From: Octopus vulgaris
Taxonomy: Eukaryota
DNA length: 64,000 nucleotides
Direction of reading: 5' to 3'
NCBI GenBank assembly: GCA_951406725.2
Contig: OX597817.1
Location: 60,326,001-60,390,000 of the forward strand
Positions within the stretch are counted from its first letter, which is position 1, and every line of letters starts with the position of its first letter. Positions 13,916 to 27,274 of this stretch are shown here, in pieces. The position numbers and the translations under genes are program-made. The notes under the pieces are model-generated. The model ran no database searches, was not told where the DNA came from, and saw only the letters and a program-made list of their open reading frames with translations.

Positions 13916-15302
13916 GGTGTTCCAAAAGAAACAGTGCACTGAACATTTTCATAGGTATACATAAAGAAACAGTGCACTGAACACAAGAAAGGATATTTAT
14001 AGTTGAAAATGTTTTCCCAAAAGATTTTAAATATTATATTTAGATAATTTAGATATCTAAATTTTAGATATTTATATTAAATATTCTTTTGTTTCAGGGA
14101 CCCTTTGAAAATGGTGCTTACCTTACAAGAAAGGATATTTATTGTTGAAAATGTTTTCCGAGATGGTGGCAAATACACAAAAGAAGTGCAAGAGTCATTT
14201 CAAGAAAATTTTGGTGCAGAACGTTTGCCGCATCGAAATTGTGTTTCCGCTTTGTTGCATAAGTTCAAAAAAACTGGAAGTGTTCAAGACAAACCCAAAA
14301 GTGGCCGCCCAAAAGTCGTTACAGATACAGTCTTACAGAATGTTACCAACAAACTGCAGAGGAGCCCACGAAAGTCTTTGAGGCGTTTGTCTCAAGAAAC
14401 TAGGATATCTCTAACATCAACTCACCGAGCAGTGCATCAACTTAAATTCCTTCCATATAAAGTGCATGTTGTTCATGAACTGAAGCCTCAGGATTCAGAA
14501 AAACGCGTACTCTTCTGTCGGTGGTTTGAAAATTTTATTCTAGAGAAAGGTGAAAACATTTTAAACCATACATTCTTCAGTGATGAAGCATGGTTCCATT
14601 TGTCCGGGTACATGAACAGTCAGAACTCTAGAGTGTGGTCTACAATAAATCCTCATGCTCTGTTTCAGAAACCACTCCACGATCAAAAAGTTGGTGTTTG
14701 GTGTGCTTTGTCAAGGCGGCGTATAATTGGACCTATATTTTTTGAAAACACCATCACATCTGAGTGTTACATTCATAACATCCTGGAGCCATTTTTTGAT
14801 CAACTGACGGAGCAAGAAAAGCAACAAGGCTGGTTCCAGCAAGATGGTGCAACTGCACATACGGCTCGTGTCAGTATGGCTGCAGTTGGTGATGTCTTTG
14901 GGGATCGTGTGATCTCTCGTGGTTTGTGGCCACCTCGATCACCGGATTTAACACCTCCTGACTTTTATTTGTGGGGCAAATTGAAAGACTCAGTGTATGC
15001 AGACAATCCTCGAACTACGGATGAACTGAAGCAGAAAATAACAAGTGTTATTCAAAACATCAAACCTGATGAACTTGAGTGTTTTTCAAAACACGCAGCG
15101 TCGCGCTCGTTTATGTCTGCAGGTGAATGGCGCACACTTTCAACAGTTATTGTAGATCATATCTTACTGCACGAGTCAATCCTCAATCGTACTTTAGTTG
15201 ATAAGGTATTGAATTTGTGAATATTTGCAATAAATAGTATTTTTCTGTGAGTTTTGTTTCTTTGGGTTATTAGCATATTCCTACTGCACTGTTTCTTTTG
15301 GA
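13913..15302 (+). mobile_element. Tc1/mariner superfamily DNA transposon (rosa-like)
   Basis: Starts TA|CAGGGTG after (TA)n. TCCAAAAGAAACAGTGCA at 13921-13938 is inverted at 15285-15302. The element encloses a transposase ORF. Confidence 0.93.
14111..15220 (+). CDS. Tc1/mariner transposase, DD38D spacing, frameshifted near C terminus
   Basis: ATG at 14111; SGRPK motif; FFSDEAWFHL, WFQQDGATAHT and WPPRSPDLTPPDFYLWG. The family-typical tail VFQNTQRRARLCLQVNGAHFQQLL* is in another frame at 15081-15155. Confidence 0.92.
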   Translation: MVLTLQERIFIVENVFRDGGKYTKEVQESFQENFGAERLPHRNCVSALLHKFKKTGSVQDKPKSGRPKVVTDTVLQNVTNKLQRSPRKSLRRLSQETRISLTSTHRAVHQLKFLPYKVHVVHELKPQDSEKRVLFCRWFENFILEKGENILNHTFFSDEAWFHLSGYMNSQNSRVWSTINPHALFQKPLHDQKVGVWCALSRRRIIGPIFFENTITSECYIHNILEPFFDQLTEQEKQQGWFQQDGATAHTARVSMAAVGDVFGDRVISRGLWPPRSPDLTPPDFYLWGKLKDSVYADNPRTTDELKQKITSVIQNIKPDELECFSKHAASRSFMSAGEWRTLSTVIVDHILLHESILNRTLVDKVLNL

Positions 15303-15475
15303 TATATGTATGTATGTTTGCATGTATGTATGTATGCATGTATGTATGTATGTATGTATGTATGTATGTATGTATGTATGTATGTATGTATGTGTGTATG
15401 TATTTATGTGTGTATATGTATGTGTGTGTATGTACGTATGTATGCGTGTATATATCTATGTAAGCATGCATCTAT

Positions 15476-15577
<102 letters not shown>

Positions 15578-15598
15578 GTCTGTCTGTCTGTCTATCTG

Positions 15599-15657
<59 letters not shown>

Positions 15658-15788
15658 GTCTATCTATCTATCTATCTATCTATATATGTTTGTATATATG
15701 TATGTATATACAGCAAGAGAGAAAGAGAGAGAGAGAGAATATATATATTTCGCACTTTTAACTCAGCAGAGGCTATATAAATGTGCCT

Positions 15789-15831
15789 CAGTCCAACGAA
15801 GGCTTAGCTGGCCGAAACTTCGAAGTCACTG
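15789..15831 (+). ncRNA. Type I hammerhead-like motif, degenerate core
   Basis: Stem I CAGT/ACTG, core CCAACGA, stem II GGCT/GGCC, GAAA, palindromic stem III ACTTCGAAGT and GTC triplet. TATATAAA lies just upstream. Confidence 0.65.
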
Positions 15832-15988
15832 GCAATAATATTCTTGCTTCAGAATACTAAATTTGTACTCTACAAAAGTATAGAGCAACACATCAGATTA
15901 ATGTGAAACTGTTTTCTTTATTACAACTGAACATAAAAACAAACATCAACATCTATTCAATTTATACATATTTACATTTCATATACGA

Positions 15989-16061
<73 letters not shown>

Positions 16062-16313
16062 ACACGTGCGCACCCGCACACACACACACACACACACACA
16101 CGTATTTATGAATGTATAAACTTTCTCATGTTATTTATGGCTAATACGTCTATTAATATGAGCATCTCATAATTTCACATTATTATAACATTTACATTCG
16201 GAGCCGCCATTTTTTTCTATTCTCTCTTAATCCATTTTAGCTTTGATTTATTAGACAAACTTATTAAATAAACGTAATAACATTCAAGAGCTTTATTATT
16301 ATTGTTGTTGTTG

Positions 16314-16407
<94 letters not shown>

Positions 16408-16685
16408 CATCGTCATCATCATCATAATCAAACAGTGTTATATATAATATATTAAATTTAGAGGTGATATTTTTTATCTGCGTATGCATGTTTGTGCGCG
16501 CGCGAAAGTGTGTGTGTGTGCGAATGGATGTGTGTGTGTGTGTGTGTATGTGTGTGTGTGTGTGCGAATGGATCTGCGTACCTGTAATTCAATGTTAATC
16601 ATACAAATAAATCTTTTAGATATGAAACATCTTTGAGACTAAATGTACATACATCGAAATATGCACATTCCAACTCATATCTCAC

Positions 16686-16766
<81 letters not shown>

Positions 16767-16839
16767 GGAAGAGGGAGAGAGAGAGAGAGACGGGGCATAT
16801 ATACACACACGTATAAATGTATGTCTGTGTATGTACATA

Positions 16840-16873
<34 letters not shown>

Positions 16874-16894
16874 AACACACTTATATATATATAC

Positions 16895-16977
<83 letters not shown>

Positions 16978-17481
16978 TGTCTATATAAAACTATTAACCT
17001 TTTACTCTTGAAATATGCTGGAGACCTAACATGTATATACATTATGAACATTCTGGGTCAGATTTTGAAGATGGTGGCGGCCGAAGTACTCAATAGACAT
17101 AGAATTTATACACATGCACACACACACATGCGTTCACTCACAAGCACAGACTCCCGCCTGCCTCTATACACTTAAATATATACGAAGGACTCTATCTGAA
17201 TGTTTTAGCACACATCCCTCACCCGCCATATTTGCAGGGAAATATATTATTTACATACACGCATATATACATACATACAAACATATATACATGTATACAT
17301 ACATACACATATACATACATATACATACATGCATTCACACATACATATATACATGCATACATACATACGTACACATGCATACATACACATGCATACGTAC
17401 ATACATACATAGATGCATACATACACATACATACATATATACATACAGACACATGCATACATACATGCATACATACATGCA

Positions 17482-17515
<34 letters not shown>

Positions 17516-17599
17516 CATACATACATACATATATACAAACACATACATACATACATGCATACATACATATATACATGCATACACACGCACTCACTATAT

Positions 17600-17805
17600 A
17601 TTCTTTCTTTTTTCTTTTTTATTTGTTTCAGCCATTTGACTGTGGCCATGCTGGAGCATCGCCTTTAGTCGAACAAATCAACCCAAGACCTATTCTTTGT
17701 AAGCCTACTATTTATTCTATCGGCATCTTTTGCCGAACCACTAAGTTACAGGGATGTAAACTCACAAACATCGGTCGTCAAGCGATGGTGGGGTTACAAA
17801 CATAC
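17600..17805 (-). mobile_element. SINE family C 3' part
   Basis: Matches 48960-49163 in reverse. Similar tails occur at about 7680-7860, 19415-19600, 21720-21810, 48270-48450 and 55195-55375. Confidence 0.8.
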
Positions 17806-17806
17806 A

Positions 17807-17845
<39 letters not shown>

Positions 17846-17860
17846 ATACACATGCGAAAG

Positions 17861-18309
17861 CCAGTCATTTTGAGGGGAGGGGGAAAATCATATCGACCAT
17901 AATACTCGACTGGTGCTCTATCTTATCGATTCCGAGGGGATGATAAGCAAAGTCGATGTCAGTGGGATTTGAACTCACACTCGGAATAAATGCCGCTAAT
18001 CATTTTGTCCGACGCTCCACCGATTCTGCCAACTCGCCATCTTATATTCTCTGTAGAACATGAAACACCTTTTTGATATTTCTCAAATACTTAACGTTGT
18101 TCTTGATAGGACCTCCTTTGTCTTGGAATTTCAACTGCTGATGGAATCGTGAGGGCAATGGAGGGATATGCAGCGGGTCTTTGGCATTTTTAGGCCTCTC
18201 TCTACTAGGTCTGATCACAACCGATTTTATCCATAGAGAGAGAATGAGCGAAAGAAAGATAGTGAGAACGAGAGAAAGAGGGGTAGAGGGGAAAAGAGAG
18301 TGAGAGGGG

Positions 18310-18343
<34 letters not shown>

Positions 18344-18975
18344 GTGTGAAAGAAAATAACAAGAAGAAGAAAAATCGATGCCAGAATATGACTAGTGATT
18401 TATTTATCGACCCCGAAAAGCAAGGATGACCTTCGGCAGCATATGAATTTAGAACATTGAGTTTTGGAACGAACAGCACAAAACAGTTTATTCGACGCTC
18501 CAACGAGTTGGCCATTTCGTTTTCTTATACGTAATTCTTTCTACTAAACCTGAAACTTTAGAGGAGGTTGAATAGTCAATTAGATCGACCCCAGTACGCA
18601 ACTGGTACTTAATTTATCAACCTCGAAAGGATGAAGGGTGAAATTGACCTCGGTGGAATTTAAACTCAGAGTATAAAATGCCGGAAGAAATGCTGGCAAG
18701 CATTTTGTCCGGAGTGCTAACGATTCCGCTATCTCGTCATCTTGCATCCTTGTACATATTCTTTCTAATTTTGGCACAAGGCCAGTAATTTAAAGGGAGG
18801 AGGCAAGACGGTTATATCGCCCCCCCCCCCCCGCCGTGCTCAAATAGTACTTATTTTATCGACCCCCGAAATGATAAAAGGTACGTTTGACCTCGGCGGA
18901 AATTGAACTCAACATAAAGCCAGAAAAAATGCCAATAAGCTCTTCGTCCAGCGCGGCCGACGATTGTGCCAGCTC
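17861..18975 (-). mobile_element. Cluster of four diverged SINE family B copies with intervening sequence
   Basis: Recurring ATCGACCCCGAAA..GACCTCGGCGGAATTTGAACTC variants at about 17861-18039, 18390-18513, 18540-18735 and 18770-18975. Confidence 0.75.
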
Positions 18976-19598
18976 CCTGTTTTTGCCTCCTGATACATAT
19001 TAACAACAACAGTACACACACACACACAAACGTTGGAGGAAGATAGAGAATCTGTCAAAGGGCAAATATTCTTTAAATACACGATATCATCGCAGTACTT
19101 GGCACCTCCGGTGGCATCGATGTTGAAAGATGTAGCGATTTGCAGTCGACAACTGATGATGGGAATGTCCCGCTGCGAAAGCTGCACGTAGAGAAATATC
19201 TGTTGATTCTATTTGTCTGGGAATAAATCCAAACACTACTAATATTCTTACAAATCCATGTCAGGTTGTTGTCTGCTATTAAAACGAAGCAAAAGAAAAC
19301 AACTCAACAGTTGCAACATTTGTTACCTTCCTTTAATTTACTCTTCTCATTTGTTTCCTCGCCAGATGGCGCGCGTAATGATTATGCTCATGAAATCTTT
19401 TTTGGTTTCTATTTATTCCTTCAGGTGTTGGACTGGGGTCATGCTGGAGCACTGCATTAAAGGGTTCAGTCAAACAAATAGACCACAGTGCAAATTTTTA
19501 AAGTCTGGTACTTATTGCATCTCTCTTCAACCGAACCGCTAAGTTACAGGAATGCAAATATACCAACGCCTATTGCGAAGCGGTGGCGAAGACAAACA

Positions 19599-19634
<36 letters not shown>

Positions 19635-19659
19635 AAATATATATATATATATATATATT

Positions 19660-20215
19660 TACTCCCTTCTCTCTCTCTCTCCCCCCTATTGCCTTCGTCC
19701 CTTTCTTCCCCTCTCTCTTTGATTCCTTGCTCCCTGCCTTCCTTTTTCCTTCTCTTTCTTCCGTCCTCTCACGTGACTGCGTTGAAACCGCCACTTCGGC
19801 CTGACCGCAGCCATGTTGTCTTCGTTTGAGCCGTTGAAGGCCTTTTTCATTTACGCCGCCAGATAAGTTAATAATTGTCTAAAGTCGTAAGACGCTTCTG
19901 TCCTTTGTACTGTCCACCTTCGTGTTTTTTATTTCTGTTTTATATATATTTTTGTTTCTTGTTTTTACATTCGTGTGGCATCCTGTCCTTGTTCCGTGTA
20001 CATTCGGCCCTCTTGCCAGGGAGTCCAATGCCTGTGGCTTGGAGTGTCCTTGGGGCTGGCCGTTTCGGAGTGATATCGAGATTAAACAGCCGAAATCACT
20101 AAGATGATCCGGTTCCCGACTGAGGATCAGAGGCTTCGAGTGACCTGTCGTTTTTTTGTGTCGTCTCCTTGTGTTCTTGTCTACTTAGTAATTTATATTT
20201 TATGTTAAATTGCAT
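19660..20215 (+). mobile_element. Probable Penelope-like 3' UTR/terminal repeat fragment
   Basis: CT-rich tract, GCCATGTTG.TTCGTT motif shared with 29165-29180, and a (TA)n tail. 20049-20150 aligns without gaps to 22155-22256 on the minus strand. Confidence 0.5.
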
Positions 20216-21369
20216 ATATATATATAATATATATATATATAGTGAGAACGAGAGAGAGAGAGGGGGGAAGGGGAAGAGAAAGAGAGAAAGAGTGAGAGAA
20301 TATATGAAGAAGAAGAAGAAAAATTGATGCCAGAATATGACTAGTGCTTTATTCATCGACCCCGAAAAGCAAGGATGACTTTCGGCGGCATATGAATTTA
20401 GAACGCAGAATTGTTAGGAGCGTCGGATAGGATGTGTTACATTCTCTGATTTCAAATCCTTCTGAGGCCCAACTTTACCCTTTCCTCCTTTCAATATCGA
20501 TAAAGTATCAATCTAGTACGGAAGTCTAGTCTTCTTTTCCTCCCATCAGGAAGAAATCGGTTGCGTTCGAACCTGAAGAGGGATGCGCTTCTCCAAAAAT
20601 TAAGATGCTCAGAATACGCATATGTCTGTCTGATGCCTGCATACCTGTCTGTTTGTCTGTCTTTCTATCTCTACCCCCACCTCTCTCTATCTGTCCGTCT
20701 ACCTGTCTGTTTTGTCAGACTAACAGTTTGTTGTTAGATAACGTGAAATGCTGTGGTGGAAGGGATTGACTGTCTATCAGCCAGAATCTACCAACATTAA
20801 GATACGGGGTAAGAACAGGAAAAGGCCCCTGCCGCAAATAAACCCTACAACCATACAAATATACAAAAAAAAACGCGCTGCTTATCAAAGCCCATGATAT
20901 TTCTTGCAGACCGTGTTGAATTTATCATTGTATTCCCGTGACAATTACGGCTACATAGGAAAAAAAATTACATAAGCTGAGGTGAATGTGAAGGAATAAT
21001 AATGGGAGTCTCTAGCATGACGTTGAAATGGTGGATGAGACAAACCTCTAAAGGCATCGATAATGTCTCAGGGTATTTACCGCCCCTTAATTCGAACCTC
21101 CCCAACACCAAAGCCGCTGTTAATACGCACGCGCAACGCGCATGTACACGCCGATCATACATGCGACTTAACACAGAAGCCGCTCCACAGTCATTCGATC
21201 TGCTAGAAATAGCAGCTGCTAAACTGTCCTCATTATACATTATATTTAAAAGGATTTATTCAAATTAGTATTGTACATATGTTTCAATAACGGACTTGGT
21301 CATAAAACAAGTAGCCATAATTTCTTCAGCAATTGATGTTTAAAATAAATGTTAAACAAAGAGGAAAAA

Positions 21370-21479
<110 letters not shown>

Positions 21480-21998
21480 GTGCGTGTATCAGGAATTTCC
21501 TTTCTGGCTCAATGGAAGAATTCCTGCGCTGATAAAACCGAGCCTTAAAATCTTGTTCCGATTATTATTCGTAAGATTTCGATAAAAGAGATTTTGCCAA
21601 GATTTTATTTCGGCGCAGCATACAAACAATTCTCGCCGAGAATTGCCATAAAGTGAACGATTCCGAGATGTTCGACACAATTACTGATTGGCGAAGAAAC
21701 TGAATTAGACTGTAGTCTAGCTTTCTGATTGTTTTTTTTTCTTGCTTCAGTCATTGGAATGCGGCCATACTGGGGCACCGCATTGAAGTATTTAATCAAA
21801 CAAATCGACTGCAGAAAGTCGATATATATATATATAGGGTGTGTGTGTCAAGTAGAAGAAAATGGAGAATAAATGGATGTAATTACTGATTTGTTTGCAT
21901 GTGGTAGGAAGATGAAGTTTTTTAAAAAAACATCACGAACAAATTGGAACAAATTGAAATATATATATATTTATATGCATATATACATATATATATAT

Positions 21999-22050
<52 letters not shown>

Positions 22051-22058
<8 letters not shown>

Positions 22059-22270
22059 AAATACAAAATGGGACAAGAATGCAAAACATCCGGACAACTA
22101 GGTGATACAAAAGGGGACAACAAAACATCCAGATAGACGATACAAATAAAACACGGACGAGTCATTCGAAGCCTTTTATCTTCAGTCAAGAACCAGATTA
22201 TCCTCGCAATTTCGGCCGATTAATCTTGAGATTGCTCCAATCTGGCCAGCCCCAAGAAAAAACTGTGCTA
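22051..22270 (-). mobile_element. Second copy of the 20049-20215 element, (TA)n-tailed
   Basis: Ungapped about 100 bp alignment with 20049-20150; the 3' end runs into (TA)n. Confidence 0.65.
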
Positions 22271-23317
22271 AGAATACACATCAACACACACACATACACA
22301 TACGCACGCACGCGTGCACACTCACGCACGCACTCAAATATGCACTCACACACGGGCATACGCATGCATGTCTGTTTCTTGGTTCACTTCATGACACAAT
22401 CTTTCCATCTGACACTCTCTGTGTTTCTGTCAGCCTTTATAATTTTATCTCTGTCTGCCTCTGCCTGTCGGTCCAGAGCCATAGTATAGTACACTTGTCC
22501 AATGTGCCGCACAGCGGCACTGAACTTCAAACCACATGGTTGCAAAGCGAGCTTCTTAACTACACAGATATGCCTACGCCTGATCGATAATATTGTGAAG
22601 TGACTGATTGCTTGTCAGTCAGAAAGTATTGCGTCACCGAATCGGAAAAGGCATCACTGACCAACAATTCTACAAACGTAGACGAAAAGGTGTTGCTTAT
22701 GAGGCCACATGATAGAAAAAATTGTATTAAGTTAGCTGAGGGCAAAGGTATTTGATCGGAATAAGCGGCGTTGAAAAACTGGGTCATTCCACTCGTTTTG
22801 CAGGAGGCTAAGAGGCCATCATCTCTATAAAGTCCTCTTACTGCAAGGCTCGTGAATATTCTAAAATTGTAGGTGTGAGTTAAATCTTTAAATCTCATTG
22901 TATTGTTTACCTCCCTATTCCCTAATCCTAGCGCCTTACACATCAAAACCTCTATTAATACAGACACACATACACACACACACACACACTCACACACACA
23001 CACGCACACACATGCACCCACCTACACATATACACGTGTATGCGAAGGCTAGATCTGTTAGAAATAGCAACCAATAGGTTTTCAAATTCTTTTAAGGTTT
23101 CTTTATGGAACTACACGAGATAATGTAGTTCTGACAGAATATCAGTGGATGTTCACGGGTGGCACGCTCCAACGATTCCGACAGCTTGTTGCTCTTCCAA
23201 TCTACCGATATCGATCTTAATTTGGAGGATTATATGATGATGATGATGATGATGATGATGACGATGATGATGATGGGGATGATGTCGATGATGATCATTG
23301 ATGCTGCTGCTGATGTT

Positions 23318-23391
<74 letters not shown>

Positions 23392-23856
23392 GAAATGATG
23401 ACATTGGCACAAATTCTGCTAACCTTAACACCTTTCTTTACGCAATTGAAAAGATCGCAGCGGTAGTAGGCGCAGCAGTAGCAGCAGCAGCAGCAGCAGT
23501 AACAACAAGGTGGAAGTGCGGGGGGGGGGTATGGCGATGTGGAAGGCGGCGAGGAAAGCGAAAAGACCTTTTGATGTTGGCTTCCCTCGATTGTTTAAAA
23601 TCTTTTTTTCCTCAAATCATATCATCTTACAGATCGTTGTTATTCCATTTTCTCGTCTCGTTCTGTGGAATTGGAGAAGAAGTAAGCGTGGCATTTATAT
23701 ACTTTATTCCATTTCTGCTTCGTAAAAATAAGGATGGGGCAGGGGGTAAGTAGGTGGGCGGGGGGCTTGATTTCTTTTCCTTTTGTTTTCTTTTATACTG
23801 TCTCTTCTTTGTTTCATGTTTTTTTAATGGTTTTTGTTTTTATTGTTGTGTGTGTG

Positions 23857-23887
<31 letters not shown>

Positions 23888-24058
23888 GTATGTATATATA
23901 CGTTCAAGTTCTTTGTACACGTTGTGTTTTCTCTATTTTTGTTTTTTTTTAAACGTTTCTTTCATATTATTTCTTCATTGTTTCCAGTTTCTTTTCTATT
24001 TGTTTTGCTTTTTTTAATTTACTACTACAACTACTAACTATTACTACTACTACTACTG

Positions 24059-24092
<34 letters not shown>

Positions 24093-24204
24093 CACCACCA
24101 CCACCACCACCACCATTGTCGTCATTACCATCATCATCATCATCATCTTCTAGCTTGTCTTCTTTTCTTCCTTCTTGAACACTTCTATCACAACAACAAC
24201 AAAA

Positions 24205-24273
<69 letters not shown>

Positions 24274-25603
24274 GCCGCTGCTGCTACTGCTATTACTACA
24301 GCTTTACCTCACCGTCAACATCATTGCCTTGTTGTTGTCGCTGTCGTCGTCTGCCATTTGACAGTCTTTATATTTGCAGCCGGCACGCGATGCTGTTTCA
24401 GTGGAGGCAGAAGACGAGGCTATATAAGGCCATGTTTAAAAAATAATTATAAATAAATAAAACAAAGAGAAGAATAAAATGAAACAAAGAACAACCAAAA
24501 ATAATTTTCTCGTTAACGTTCTGTGTATTTCACACACACACACTCACACACACACACACACATACACGCACACACACAAGTACACATTCATACTCACACA
24601 CATACACGCATATACACACATATGCACACACATATGCACACATATACAGACAAACATGCACATATAGACATACGCACATACATACAATACAGGCGCGCAG
24701 AAATAGGAGCTAAATCCCTCTCAAATCACATTATATAGTTCTAAAAAGCGGTGGTTCTTAACCTGCTTGTTAGCGCCCCATTGGGGCCCGTTCTGAGCCC
24801 AGAAAGGACTGGTAAATGTTAAAGGGGTGCTATGTGGGAATGCAGGATGTTTAGAATGGGTCGTGATTTTTTTTCAGAAATATATTTAAACCAGGAACAG
24901 TACATTTAGTTGAAACAAATTTCAAAAGAATAAATAAATAATAAGAAAGAAAAGGGCGATGTTATCAGGGAGCAAAAAAACAAAACTGATGATGTGTTTT
25001 GTCTGATATAATTCCCTTATATAAGTCCTTACTTATTTTTAGATAATTTCCATAAAATTTTCACAGGGCGGTACACTAGTCCACGGAAATTTCTAAAAGA
25101 AGGCACGTGCTGGATGGGGTAATATAATACGAATGATAAATTATTGCCCCAAAATAGCTCCTGTTTGATTAAAATAATCTGCAGTTTAGTTTTCATTTTG
25201 TTTTTTGTTTTGCAAAACGTTGGAAATAGAATTTGTAAAAAGGAAAAATAAAACAGCTCAGAAAATATGCAGTGAAAGAAAACGCCGAGAAAGGTGTATC
25301 TCAGAAACGTGTGCGTTCTACGGTCTGATGTACACGAACGTGTTAAATATGGTTGTCCACAACTATATTTCATTCAACGCTGCTTCGCGAGTCTCTAGCT
25401 AATTAATTCTAGCTTGAGTAAGTTTTGCGAATCAGCAAATGTGCTGTTTACTGTTTGTGTATATAACAACCGATCTTGGAGGGCTGTGAGCAACTGATTC
25501 TGTATCTGTAGCTGATGAAGCGTAACGATGCAGAAATGCATGCGTCCTATTGTCTGATGAAATCATTCGTAGACCAACGATGTGTTTTCATACTTATTGC
25601 CTA

Positions 25604-26447
25604 CTAGCAGAATTGCCCGGCGTTGCTCGGGGCTGAATTGCTTGAAAGTACTGTTAATGATTGCACTGAATTATGATGATTATTCAGGCAAATATTGATA
25701 TAAGTTTACGGTGGGAGATAAGGACTTAACGATCAAACGTGTGCCATTGCATTGTTTTGGGGGAACCAAATTTCTGATGAGCATTATAAGGGCACCAACT
25801 TTAAGTTTGAGAAAGTGTGGTGGTAGTCCGGGGTGCTCAAAGGAATTGAGTACCTCTATTGGATAGTTGATGACGTCCTCTGGGTCAGGAGTTGTATCGA
25901 TAGACTGATATACATAGACTTCCCCAGGAATGAGTTTTAGCATTTCATCATTAATATGGTGAACAGTTTTATTCCTCGGGGCCAGTATAGCCTTTTTGCC
26001 AATCCAATCCATATTCTGATAATTAGCTTGTAGATCTGGGAACACTGCATCTCTGAGATCAGAAGGCGTCTTAACAATGGTACAAATGGAATCGATGACA
26101 ATATTACCATTTTCATCCCCTGGTATTTTGCCTTCGCCAAGTGCAAGGAGGGTGTGAGGAAATGCTGCTGATGTGATATTACGTCGCATATGAGCACGCA
26201 TATTGGTGTGAAGTTTGAGAGTTACTTCCCTTTATTTAAAAAATATGCATTAAAATGGAAAAAAATGATGGTAAATTATTTGTAAAATCGTAGACTCATC
26301 GTAGACGCGCGCTAATACCCAGAAGGGCTCGATATGAATCACAACTATAAGATACCCGGTTTTGGTTAAACTGCATCGCAAAATGTGGGAGTAGTTAGGA
26401 ATCTAAATCGGAGTAGACAGACACACAACCTTTCTTTTATATATAAA
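25604..26447 (-). mobile_element. Non-autonomous Helitron
   Basis: Minus-strand 3' end has the hairpin CCCGAGCAACGCCGGG followed by CTAG|T. The 5' end reads A|TTTATATATAAAAG (TC degraded to TT). Contains a helicase fragment. Confidence 0.85.
25700..26222 (-). pseudogene. PIF1-family helicase fragment of Helitron RepHel
   Basis: LHTNMRA, LLALGEG, AILAPRN, GLPPHFLKLKVGALIMLIRNL and CNGTRLIV are characteristic Helitron helicase motifs. Truncated on both sides. Confidence 0.92.
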
Positions 26448-26448
26448 T

Positions 26449-27129
26449 ATTTTCGTCCTAAAAAACTTTGTATGGATTGAATGGTTACCTCTATGGAAAT
26501 ATATACACGCACATTATACATACATCTGTGTATAGATGAATATATGAATACATTTAAATATCTATATACACTTTTAGGTGATCTTTCTGTTTCTTAGAGA
26601 TAACTTTAGATCTTATTTTCGTCCTAAAAAACTTTGTATGGAGTGAATGGTTACCTCTATGGAAATATATACACACACGTTATACATACATGTGTGCATA
26701 GATGAATATATAAATACATTTATATATCTATATACACTTTTGGGCGATCTTTGTGCTACTTAGAGACAACTTTAGATCTTATTTTCGTCCTAAAAAACTT
26801 TGTGCGGAGTGAATGGTTACGTCTATGGAAATATATACACACACATTATACATACATCTGTGTATAGATGAATATATAAATACATTTAAATATCTATATA
26901 CACTTTTGGGCGATCTTTCTGCTACTTGGATATACTTTAGATCTTATATTCGTCCTAAAAAACTTTGTATGGAGTGAAAGGTTACCTCTGGAAATATATA
27001 CACACACATTATACATACATCTGTGTATAGATGAATGTATAAATACATTTAAATATCTATATACACTTTTGGGCGATCTTTCTGCTACTTGGATATACTT
27101 TAGATCTTATATTCGTCCTAAAAAACTTT
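26449..27129. repeat. Tandem repeat, about 165 bp unit x4
   Basis: CGTCCTAAAA anchors at 26454, 26620, 26786, 26951 and 27114 (periods 166, 166, 165, 163). Confidence 0.95.
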
Positions 27130-27191
27130 CCTGTCACACACTCACACACACGCACACACACACACACACACGCACCCTCACACACACACAC

Positions 27192-27274
<83 letters not shown>

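Noticed and set aside
19150-19190. CTGATGA..GGGA/TCCC..GAAA hammerhead-like string
   Set aside because: GAAA is displaced from stem II, and stems I and III do not form.
25065-25080. GGGCGGTACACTAGT resembling a plus-strand Helitron 3' end
   Set aside because: No complete hairpin or matching 5' end was found.
26449-27129. Possible CRISPR-like array
   Set aside because: Whole units are repeated with no unique spacers, and there are no cas genes.
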